Shown piece by piece: positions 53,368 to 64,000 of a stretch of 64,000 nucleotides of DNA (position 1 is the stretch's first letter; every line of letters starts with the position of its first letter). A model generated the notes under the pieces. The model was given only the letters and a program-made list of their open reading frames with translations, searched no databases and was not told the origin of the DNA. The DNA is from Eledone cirrhosa (lineage: Eukaryota): the NCBI GenBank assembly GCA_964016885.1, contig CAXHJY010001284.1, positions 62,001 through 126,000 of the forward strand, in the 5' to 3' direction. Made by a program: the position numbers and the translations under genes.

Positions 53368-56300
53368 GTGGTGTTGGTGGTGGTGGTGGTGTTTGTGGTG
53401 GTGGTGGTGGTGGTGGTGGATGTGGTGGTGGACGTGGTGGTGTTTGTGGTGATGATGGTGGTGGTGATGGTGGTGGTGGTGGTGGTGGTGGTGTTTGTGG
53501 TGGTGGTGGTGGTGGTGATGGTGGTGGTGGTGGTGGTGGTGGTGTTTGTGGTGGTGGTGGTGGTGGTGGATGTGGTGGTGGTGTTGGTGGTGGTGTTGGT
53601 GGTGATGATGGTGGTGGTGATGGTGGTGGTGGTGGTGGTGGATGTGGTGGTGGCGGTGGTGGTGGATGTGGTGGTGGACGTGGTGGTGTTTGTGGTGATG
53701 ATGGTGGTGGTGTTGGTGGTGGTGGTGGTGTTTGTGGTGGTGGCGGTGGTGGTGGATGTGGTGGTGGACGTGGTGGTGTTTGTGGTGATGATGGTGGTGG
53801 TGGTGGTGTATATGGTGGTGGCGGTGGTGGTGGTGATGATGTGTGGTGGTCGTGGTGTATATGGTGGTGGTGGTGGTGGTTATGGATGTGGTGGTGATGG
53901 TGGTGGCGGTGGTAGCGATGGATGTGGTGGGGTGGGGTGGTTGTGGTGCTGGTTGTGGTGATGATGGATGTGGTGGTGGTGATGGTGGAGGTGGTGGTGG
54001 AGGTGGTGGTGGTGGTACCAATAATTGGTGGTGGAGGTGGTTGTGATAGTGGTGGTGTCGGTGGCAATGGTGGTAGTGGTGGTGACGGTGGTGTCAGTGG
54101 CAATGGTGGTGGTGGTAGTGGTGGTGACGGTGGTGTCGGTGGCAATGGTGGTGGTGGTAGTGGTGGTGACGGTGGTGTCGGGGGCAATGGTGGTGGTGGT
54201 AGTGGTGGTGACGGTGGTGGCGGTGGCAATGGTGGTGGTGGTAGTGGTGGTGACGGTGGTGGTGGAGGCAATGGTGGTGGTGGTAGTGGTGGTGACGGTG
54301 GTGGCGGTGGCAATGGTGGTGGTGGTAGTGGTGGTGACGGTGGTGTCGGAGGCAATGGTGGTGGTGGTAGTGGTGGTGACGGTGGTGGCGGTGGCAATGG
54401 TGGTGGTGGTAGTGGTGGTGACGGTGGTGGCGGTGGCAATGGTGGTGGTGGAAGTGGTGGTGACGGTGGTGTCGGAGGCAATGGTGGTGGTGGTAGTGGT
54501 GGTGACGGTGGTGGCGGTGGCAATGGTGGTGGTGGTAGTGGTGGTGAGGGTGGTGTCGGAGGCAATGGTGGTGGTGGTAGTGGTGGTGACGGTGGTGTCG
54601 GAGGCAATGGTGGTGGTGGTAGTGGTGGTGACGGTGGTGGCGGTGGCAATGGTGGTGGTGGTAGTGGTGGTGACGGTGGTGGCGGTGGCAATGGTGGTGG
54701 TGGTAGTGGTGGTGACGGTGGTGGCGGTGGCAATGGTGGTGGTGGAAGTGGTGGTGACGGTGGTGTCGGAGGCAATGGTGGTGGTGGAAGTGGTGGTGAC
54801 GGTGGTGTCGGGGGCAATGGTGGTGGTGGTAGTGGTGGTGAGGGTGGTGTCGGAGGCAATGGTGGTGGTGGTAGTGGTGGTGACGGTGGTGTCGGTGGCA
54901 ATGGTGGTGGTGGTAGTGGTGGTGACGGTGGTGGCGGTGGCAATGGTGGTGGTGGTAGTGGTGGTGACGGTGGTGGCGGTAGCAATGGTGGTGGTGGTAG
55001 TGGTGGTGACGGTGGTGGCGGTGGCAATGGTGATGGTGGTAGTGGTGGTGACGGTGGTGGCGGTAGCAATGGTGGTGGTGGTAGTGGTGGTGACGGTGGT
55101 GGCGGTAGCAATGGTGGTGGTGTTAGTGGTGGTGACGGTGGTGGCGGTGGCAATGGTGGTGGTGGTAGTGGTGGTGACGGTGGTGGCGGTGGCAATGATG
55201 GTGGTGGTAGTGGTGGTGACGGTGGTGGCGGTAGCAATGGTGGTGGTGGTAGTGGTGGTGACAGTGGTGTCGGGGGCAATGGTGGTGGTGGTAGTGGTGG
55301 TGAGGGTGGTGTCGGAGGCAATGGTGGTGGTGGTGGTAGTGGTGGTGACGGTGGTGTCGGGGGCAATGGTGGTGGTGGTAGTGGTGGTGACGGTGGTGTC
55401 GGGGGCAATGGTGGTGGTGGTAGTGGTGGTGAGGGTGGTGTCGGAGGCAATGGTGGTGGTGGTAGTGGTGGTGACGGTGGTGGCGGTGGCAATGGTGGTG
55501 GTGGTAGTGGTGGTGACGGTGGTGTCGGAGGCAATGGTGGTGGTGGTAGGGGTGGTGACGGTGGTGGCGGTAGCAATGGTGGTGGTGGAAGTGGTGGTGA
55601 CGGTGGTGGCGGTAGCAATGGTGGTGGTGGTAGTGGTGGTGACGGTGGTGGCGGTGGCAATGGTGGTGGTGGAAGTGGTGGTGACGGTGGTGGCGGTAGC
55701 AATGGTGGTGGTGGTAGTGGTGGTGACGGTGGTGTCGGGGGCAATGGTGGTGGTGGCAGTGGTGGTGAGGGTGGTGTCGGGGGCAATGGTGGTGGTGGTA
55801 GTGGTGGTGACGGTGGTGTCGGGGCAATGGTGGTGGTGGTAGTGGTGGTGACGGTGGTGTCGGGGGCAATGGTGGTGGTGGTAGTGGTGGTGAGGGTGGT
55901 GTCGGAGGCAATGGTGGTGGTGGTAGTGGTGGTGACGGTGGTGTCGGAGGCAATGGTGGTGGTGGTAGTGGTGGTGACGGTGTTGGCGGTAGCAATGGTG
56001 GTGGTGGTAGTGGTGTGAGGGTGGTGTCGGTGGCAATGGTGGTGGTGGTAGTGGTGGTGACGGTGGTGGCGGTAGCAATGGTGGTGGTGGTAGTGGTGGT
56101 GGTGGTGTCGGTGGCAATGGTGGTGGTGGTGTCGGTGGCAATGGTGGTGGTGGTAGTGGTGGTGGTCGTGTCGGTGGCAATGGTGGTGGTGGTAGTGGTG
56201 GTGGTGGTGTCGGTGGCAATGGTGGTGGTGGTAGTGGTGGTGAGGGTGGTGTCGGGGGCAATGGTGGTGGTGGTAGTGGTGGTGGTGGTGTCGGTGGCAA

Positions 56301-56470
56301 TGGTGGTGGTGGTAGTGGTGGTGGTGGTGTCGGTGGCAATGGTGGTGGTGGTAGTGGTGGTGGTGGTGTCGGTGGCAATGGTGGTGGTGGTAGTGGTGGT
56401 GAGGGTGGTGTCGGGGGCAATGGTGGTGGTGGAAGTGGTGGTGACGGTGGTGTCGGGGGCAATGGTGGTC
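53368..56470. repeat. (GGT)n array grading into a 42-bp minisatellite (~54050-56470)
   Basis: GGCAATGG recurs every 42 bp (CAATGG at 54101, 54143); unit GGCAATGGTGGTGGTGGTAGTGGTGGTGACGGTGGTG(T/G)CGGN. Confidence 0.95.
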
Positions 56471-57508
56471 GTCGCTTATTCTGTGATAGTAAAGGTGGTT
56501 GTGATGTTGGTATGGGCTGTAACTTGCATACATAGGCGCATATGCGTGTGTGTATGTGTGTATGTGTCTGAGTGTGTATATGTGTATGTATGTGTGTATG
56601 TCTGTGTATGTATATGTGTATGTGTCTGTGTGTGTGTATGTGTGTATGTGTGTATGTTTGTGTATGTGTATATGTGTGTATGTATGTGTGTATGTGTGTG
56701 TGTGAATGTATGTGTGTGTATGTGTATGTGTGTATGTGTGTAGGTCTGTGTATGTGTGTATGTCTGTGTATGTATGTGTGTATGTGTGTGTGTATGTGTG
56801 TATGTGTGTATGTGTGTAGGTCTGTGTATGTGTATATGTGTGTATGTATGTGTGCATGCGTGTGTGTGAATGTATGTGTGTGTATATGTGTGTGTGTATG
56901 TGTGTAGGTCTGTGTATGTATGTATGTGTGTGTGTGTGTATGTGTGTTAAGGAAGAGAGGATGAAGTGGTAGTGGAGGTGATGGTGGCGGAGGTGCATTG
57001 CTGGAGGTGCCGTGCTTCTGCATGCATCTGTGTATGTGTTGGTGCAACTTTATATGTAACTTTCTTTTTGTTCGCACATATGTGTGTGTTTATGTGTTTG
57101 CGTGCATGTGTGCGTTTGTCGATGTGTCTGTGTGCATACCTAAACTATGAGTATATGCGTGTGTAGGTGTGTATATGTATGTGTGCATAACTTTGTGTGC
57201 ATAACTTTACATGTGTGAACGTGCATGTGTGTGTGAGAGAGAGTGCGTATACACACGGGTGTGCGTGTATGTGTGTAGGTGTGATTGCGTGTGTTCATGT
57301 GTGTGTATGTGAATGCGAGTGTGTGCGTGTGAATGCGTGTGTGTGCGTGTGAATCCGTGTATACGTCTGAATGCGTGCATGTGTGCGTGCATGCGTGTGA
57401 ATGCGTTAGCGGCGTGAGAATGCGTGGGGCGTGTGCGTGCCTGTGCGTGCGTGGGCATACGTTTATGCATGTGTATGTGTGTGTGTATGTATGCGTGTGT
57501 GTATGTAC

Positions 57509-57539
<31 letters not shown>

Positions 57540-58588
57540 CGTGTATGTATGTGTGTGTGTATGCCTGTAGCTGTGAATGTTGTCAGATGACTGTGGATAC
57601 GAAGTAGAGCTGACGGCGTTCTTCGTAATCTTGTATGTTCGTGCTTGCGTGTGTTTATTCGGTTTTTTAATGTCGGTATATGTGTTTGTGGATGTGTTTG
57701 TGTATGTGTTCGTGTCGGTGGCTTAGAGGCATGTGTATATGTATGTGTGTAAGAAAGCTGTAACGCTGCTAGTGGATGTATAGCTGCCGGCATATTCCCT
57801 TTGCACATATGTGTATGTAGAATTGAAGAATTGAAGTTGATCAAGTTGAGAATTTACCTTACATGATGACCAAACAGTTGACAGATCGTATCAGGTAACT
57901 AACCTCCCCGTGTGTATCAGTCCCCAGCCCACACCAAAATATAATACACAAATCTTAATGGAACCAAAGAGGCAACCGCAATGCGGTCACTTGATCTGCT
58001 AGAAATTGCAGCCAAACAACTTCCTTCAAATCCAACTGATTGGCTTTAACAAGGGATACATAAGACAGTGTAGTTGATGGTACACAATACGATAGGATTG
58101 TCCATCTCGGTTAGATCTCTTTTAATTACGAGTTAGCACAACCAGGAGGACTGACGAGTAATTAACATCAACAACAACTATTACAACAACAACAACAATA
58201 ACATCAACATCAACAACAACTACAACAACAACAATAACAACATATATCTTAACAGCGAGGCTAAGCCAACTGTTAATATGTACCACACTTAATTGCAATA
58301 GTCATGTGACCTAACGAGCCAATGCTGTTCATACAACTCTTATATCTCTCCCGTTGGAGTTGAGGAAATAAGAGATACGTTTTCCCTCGGATAAGACGGC
58401 CGTTCATTGGTAGCATGTAACATTTCTAGTGAGATCAAGCCAATGATGTTCGATTTACATGAATACTTAGAACCCAGCCGTGGAGAGTTAAGTATCTTGG
58501 TTATAAACACGATGTAGAGCCAGTGACTAAAATCAAATTAGCGAACATACAGCAGATTGTTCAGTACCGTATTGATTCACCCATCTGC

Positions 58589-58710
<122 letters not shown>

Positions 58711-58744
58711 GATACCGGAAATAGCGCATGCTTTGTATGTATTT

Positions 58745-58830
58745 AATGAATCTCGAAAGAAGAAAAGCAAATTCAATGATTACTGGGTTTGAAGATATAA
58801 CTTATAGAGAATATAAGGAATTTAGAGTGG
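58745..58830 (+). mobile_element. Possible degenerate CR1/L2 LINE C-terminal fragment
   Basis: [20 protein letters not shown] resembles LE.VQRRATKMI.G...LSYEERL. Confidence 0.35.
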
Positions 58831-59479
58831 CCCCTTCTACCACTCCATGTTGGTTTGTCAAGACGTCATTGCCACCGCATCATGTCTATCTTCAAACATT
58901 TAAGTTTCAAGTCCACCTAAATAGAATGTGTAGTGTTGGAGGATAGCCTTGTTGATTGAGAACTGATCAAAAGATCAGCTATTCGTATCTGATTCATGTC
59001 CATATTTGCGGTCAGATGGACTAACCCTAGCCCACCGAACTGAACCATGATAGCGAAATGTAGAAGCGGCTCGCTGCTGTATTCGTGTCACCTATTCCTT
59101 AATGTAGGTTTGCCTTCCAAATTGTTAATACCTTAAACGTTAGAAGTATGTATTAGAACAGTGTATATCAGTGTTCGTGTTAGAGAAGGAACATTCTCCT
59201 TAAAGAATTCATGTAGGGGAAGAGCTGGGTGGATCTATTGGTCTTTAGGGCGATTATTGTTTGTATTTACTTTCGTACTATATTTTAACGCCAGTTTCTA
59301 GAGGTTTCTGATCAAAGAGATCTTCAGATGATTTTCGTCGTAGTTGTTTAAGCAAAATTAAAGATAGTGACATGTAGCGTGATGTGTCACATCACCTGTG
59401 CTAAAAGAGGTATTAAAATGGCATAGAATTTGTCAGTAAAGATTACATCTGCTCGCTCATAAGTAGTGTAGGGTAGAAG

Positions 59480-59666
59480 AGCGGTGGATTGGCACTATCG
59501 GTAGAGTGTCGGTCAACATGTATTGTGGCATATAGTTACGCCTCTTTACGTTGTGTGTTCAAATACCACCAGGGTTGATAAAATAAAGTACCAGCAACGC
59601 ACTGGGGTCGATTTTATCATCATTCCCTTCCCCCAAAATTGTTGGCCTTATTCCTAAATCAGAAAC
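59480..59666 (+). mobile_element. tRNA-derived SINE family 1 (internal deletion in core)
   Basis: GCGGTGGATTGGCAC head, GTTCAAAT, GATAAAATAAAGTACCAG, tail GGCCTTATTCCTAAATCAGAAAC. Confidence 0.82.
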
Positions 59667-59910
59667 TGTTAATTGTGTAGTTTGTGATACAGTGTTTCTC
59701 AATCAAAGGAATTGTAGCGCCCCAACTATTACTGAATTACTACTTTTAATATAAACCATGTAATGTCGGTAGAGTTACTCTGAATCTATCTTTTGCCAGT
59801 CTGCAGCCAGTAAGCTGTATTATTTGTGTTAATAGTTGGAAAGTCGTATGTAACGTCACAGTAAGTATTCTTTTAAGCTGCTGTAAGGCATAATACATAT
59901 GTCGAGTGTA

Positions 59911-59959
59911 CATTCCTGATGAGTTCAAACAAATGAAACAGTTTTAGTCCAGTAGAAGT
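59911..59959 (+). ncRNA. Diverged hammerhead related to 986-1036
   Basis: TTC-CTGATGA-GTTC AAAC AAAT-GAAACAG-TTTTAGTC-CAGTA-GAA; (TA)n follows the tail at 60038. Confidence 0.55.
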
Positions 59960-60034
59960 AATTTCTATATAAAATAAATATGGTTATTCCATACTAACAT
60001 ATTCAGTATCATACTTAGCAGTTTTTTTTCCGAT

Positions 60035-60119
<85 letters not shown>

Positions 60120-60274
60120 TATTTTGAGTATATGCTGGTTGTTTACCGACACCTCAGTATGCAGATTAGAGCACTCGACGAAGTGTGCAGGTTGGTTTGT
60201 TTACTCCGGAGTAATGTAAAATAATTAAGTCAAATATGTAAAATTTGGCTTCGTTTATTATAAATTATAGATAT

Positions 60275-60329
60275 ACTGCTATATATATTTCGGTGACAGC
60301 CATCATTGGCTGTGACCTCTTCAGGCAGT
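60275..60329 (-). ncRNA. Hammerhead ribozyme with minimal palindromic stem III
   Basis: Minus strand ACTGC-CTGAAGA-GGTCACAGCCA ATGA TGGCTGTCACC-GAAA-TATATATA-GCAGT: 5-bp stem I, 10/11-bp stem II. Confidence 0.78.
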
Positions 60330-60714
60330 CCGAATTGGTGTGGGAAAGACAGGTACAAATGTTGTTGAAGTGTGTTTTACTCCGTCAATACAATTATTTT
60401 ATTTTATATATATATATATATGGCATAACAAGTTATCGCTTAAGGTAATCCAGTTATAGGTTGTGAGTATCCTGTACTATGGATAGTTTTAACGTACGGC
60501 GTTGTTTGACTCAACAAGAGGATTCCTTAGTTAGGTAGCGTCTTTGCGAGAATTCTCATGTAGGTTATTCTTGGAGTAATAATAGTAAAAGAGTGAAGAA
60601 TAACATGGTTGGCTGTACAAAAAGGGTTTTATTCTTTATTACAGATGGATGTGAATAACACTACATTGATTCCATGAAGAAGTTTAGAGAACTTTCTATT
60701 CGCTTTGCTGAAAC

Positions 60715-60790
60715 CCCATATCTTGTGAGTTCAATTCCTGGATCGGCGATGCGTTATGTCCTTGAGCAAGACACTTTATTTAACGTTGCT
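60715..60790 (+). mobile_element. SINE family 2 fragment
   Basis: GAGTTCAATTCC B box, ATGTCCTTGAGCAAGACACTTTATTT. Confidence 0.6.
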
Positions 60791-60892
60791 GCTTCTACCT
60801 GGAGTTGCGACCGATAGATAGTATTAGCAACTGGAAAGGCCAACGGAAACATTGTTTCCTCGGTCCGATTTGACGAAAGCCGATCGATATAT

Positions 60893-60941
<49 letters not shown>

Positions 60942-61689
60942 CATACATATTCACTCTAAATTATGTGCCAATCCTGGTAAATGTTTAGAGCTTAACATTT
61001 ACTAGAGTTGGAGTACGAATTGGTACTTCTTACTGCTGTCTTGGCTAAATTGTAGATATGTAGTGACCATGGTGGAGGGTGGGCCATTGAAATTATGTGA
61101 CCCAATATTTGTAGAGTGTGGAGTATTATCTGCGTGTAATATAACATATACTGCATTCAAATAAACAAATATTTGGCACGAAAGACCTGAGGCTGCATAC
61201 CTATGTTAGACATAATATACAAGAAATCAATAACGAAAAGCAAGATGGCGTCAGAAATGCCAGCAACAACATTCGTCAGCTAAATTAATCAAGGGAGATA
61301 ATTAGGTGATATAGATATAGTTGTTATCTAATATGAATGGTTGGTCGAGTAATTGAGGTTCTATGGTGAAGTCTTTGTGCGGAAAAATTGGGTGAGGGTA
61401 TGTTAGATGTATTGTGTAAGTAATTCCAATTAATATTCGTTTCTTAATTAAACCCCAGAGAGGAGATAGTGTAAATGAAAGACATGGAGAGAGAGAGAGA
61501 GACAATAAGAAGGAGAGAGAGAGAATAAGAAGGAGAGGGAGAGAGAGAGAGAGAATATAGGAGAGTGGTAGAGAATGGTAGAATGGGAGAAAACTAAGTC
61601 TAAAGAGACATGACAAGAAAGAAAGGGAGACTCGTGTAATAACTGACAGGCAAAGACGAACAGACAGAATAGAGAGTGAGGTTGCAACA

Positions 61690-61761
61690 ATATATATATA
61701 CGCACACACACACACACATACATACACACATGTGTATATATATATATATATATATATACAA

Positions 61762-61800
<39 letters not shown>

Positions 61801-61801
61801 A

Positions 61802-61857
<56 letters not shown>

Positions 61858-61863
61858 TTATAC

Positions 61864-61894
<31 letters not shown>

Positions 61895-62137
61895 CCTATA
61901 TACATATATATATATATACCTATATACATATATATATATATACATATATATATATATGTATATATGTATGTATATATATAAATATATATACACATATATA
62001 TATATATATATATACATATATACATATATATATATATAAATATATATATATACATATATATGTATGTATATATATAAATATATATACACATATATATATA
62101 TATATATACATACATATATACATATATATATATATAA

Positions 62138-62235
<98 letters not shown>

Positions 62236-62305
62236 GTGTATATATATATATATATGCACACATATATATATATATATATATACATATATATACATATATA
62301 TATAC

Positions 62306-62362
<57 letters not shown>

Positions 62363-62410
62363 TATATACACACATATATATATATGTATATACATATATA
62401 TATATGTATA

Positions 62411-62480
<70 letters not shown>
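61690..62480. repeat. (TA)n compound microsatellite
   Basis: Direct reading. Confidence 0.95.
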
Positions 62481-62481
<1 letters not shown>

Positions 62482-62765
62482 GGGGGAAGGGTGAAAATAA
62501 GAAAGCACATGTATGTGTGTATGTAGACAGGGAATAACGAAGGGAAGGAAAATATAGAAGTGAAAAGAAAGAAATTAATGATATTATATAAGAAGGAATT
62601 AGTGATTTCAGAAACACTGAACAGGCTGGTTGTTGATAGAGAAATATATACATATATATATATACACACACATATATATATATATATAACGGAGGAATTG
62701 TGGTAAGGAACAAGATGGATCATAACCGACGAGAGTACTCAATACTTAGCGTAGTAGAGTGGGTA

Positions 62766-62904
62766 ATAGGAAAAGGTATGACCACAACGGCAGAGCTCAA
62801 GGCGTTTCGACGGCTATCTCTGGACTCAGAAAGAGCCGCATATTTCTGAGTCCAGAAATAGCCGTCGAAACGGGTTGAGCTCTGCCGTCGGGGTCATACC
62901 TTTT

Positions 62905-62909
<5 letters not shown>
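62766..62909. repeat. 144-bp palindrome (67-bp arms, 10-nt spacer)
   Basis: 62766-62832 vs 62843-62909, few mismatches; followed by (TA)n. Confidence 0.9.
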
Positions 62910-62995
<86 letters not shown>

Positions 62996-63003
62996 GCATA
63001 GAG

Positions 63004-63143
63004 CAGGCAGGGGTAACAATTTTAGAGCAGTGGGCCGCATAGGATAAACTCATAATATGATGGGCCGCACTTCTAAAATATTCGAGAGAATTTTGAAATT
63101 AGGTGTGTCATGTGGCTCGCGGGCCGCTGTTTGCCCATGACTG
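63004..63143. mobile_element. hAT-type MITE
   Basis: CAGGCAGGGGTAA / TTGCCCATGACTG imperfect TIRs, three GGGCCGC motifs, 8-bp flanks GCATAGAG vs GTATAGTG (6/8). Confidence 0.65.
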
Positions 63144-63222
63144 GTATAGTGTTAAAGAGGGGTAAAGGGACAGAACATGCAGAAAGGGAGAGAGAGAGAG
63201 TAGCGAAAAACGAATACACACA

Positions 63223-63298
<76 letters not shown>

Positions 63299-63303
63299 AA
63301 TAT

Positions 63304-63513
63304 ATAAATGTAATTTGAGTTTTTAGAATATTAATAATAATATTCGATTCATTTGCAACTATGCGAACAAGCCTCATTTATAAGTTCTGTTTACATGCCA
63401 AAATAATAGCAAGAATGAGGGGTTCATTCTATTGACATGGCTTTAAAAATGAGCATAATTGAAAATGAATCGAATATTATTATTAATGTTCGAAAATCTC
63501 AGATTACATTTAT
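63304..63513. repeat. AT-rich fold-back element (~60-bp inverted arms)
   Basis: 63304-63364 vs 63453-63513 imperfect reverse complements; central GAATGA/TCATTC hairpin. Confidence 0.75.
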
Positions 63514-63556
63514 TGTATTCAGCCATGTAGAGCGAAAATTTAATATAAATATATAT

Positions 63557-63628
<72 letters not shown>

Positions 63629-63931
63629 ATATATTCATGGGTGTATAAATATATTTAAGAGAATGACATACAGAGACAGTAAGAGATAAATGGAAACGCA
63701 ATTAACCGAGAGAGGATTAGGTAAAGAAAAAGATTAGATATAGAGAGAAAGTTGGAGAATGACGAGAGACTGAGCTATAGATAAATAATGGTGAGGTGGA
63801 AATAGAGAGGGTGAAAGAGAGATGCAATAAACGTAGATAAGAAAATGTATGAATTGAAACGAAAATGAAACGAGACAGTGAAGATAGACAAATGGGAAAT
63901 GAATGATGGAGATTTGAATATAGGAAACCAG

Positions 63932-63981
<50 letters not shown>

Positions 63982-64000
63982 AGTGCATTATAAGGGGTCC

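Noticed and set aside
53333-57077. Extensin-like Pro-rich, Gly-rich and His-rich ORFs
   Set aside because: Translation of (GGT)n and the 42-bp minisatellite; open in most frames, and phase slips occur near 55820 and 56015.
57828-57894. Possible exon (EVDQVENLPYMMTKQLTDRI followed by GTAACT)
   Set aside because: No pyrimidine tract at the acceptor and no recognisable homology.

Overview
AT-rich, microsatellite-saturated animal DNA, intergenic or deep intronic. The SINE families and repeat landscape resemble an octopus/cephalopod genome (inference). No convincing host gene is present, and most long ORFs in the track are artefacts of (TA)n, (TTG)n, (CAC)n and (GGT)n arrays. The main content is mobile DNA. 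(1) Five copies of an L1/Tx1-clade LINE, all on the minus strand and all inserted in (GATA)n or (GACA)n tracts: two full-length, one internally deleted, two 5'-truncated. They share conserved 5'UTR hairpins and a covarying 3' stem-loop. (2) A full-length but degenerate R4/Dong-clade retrotransposon inserted in (CATA)n, whose 3'UTR shares a ~21-nt motif with the 3' tail of the most common SINE here. (3) Several hammerhead ribozyme motifs of Penelope-like type, some in palindromic head-to-head arrangement next to (TA)n. (4) An internally deleted mariner with ~103-bp TIRs, a non-autonomous Helitron, a TGT..ACA MITE with ATAT duplication, a hAT MITE, RTE, CRE and possible CR1 fragments, and many mini/microsatellites. 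All calls come from reading the sequence by eye; no searches were run.
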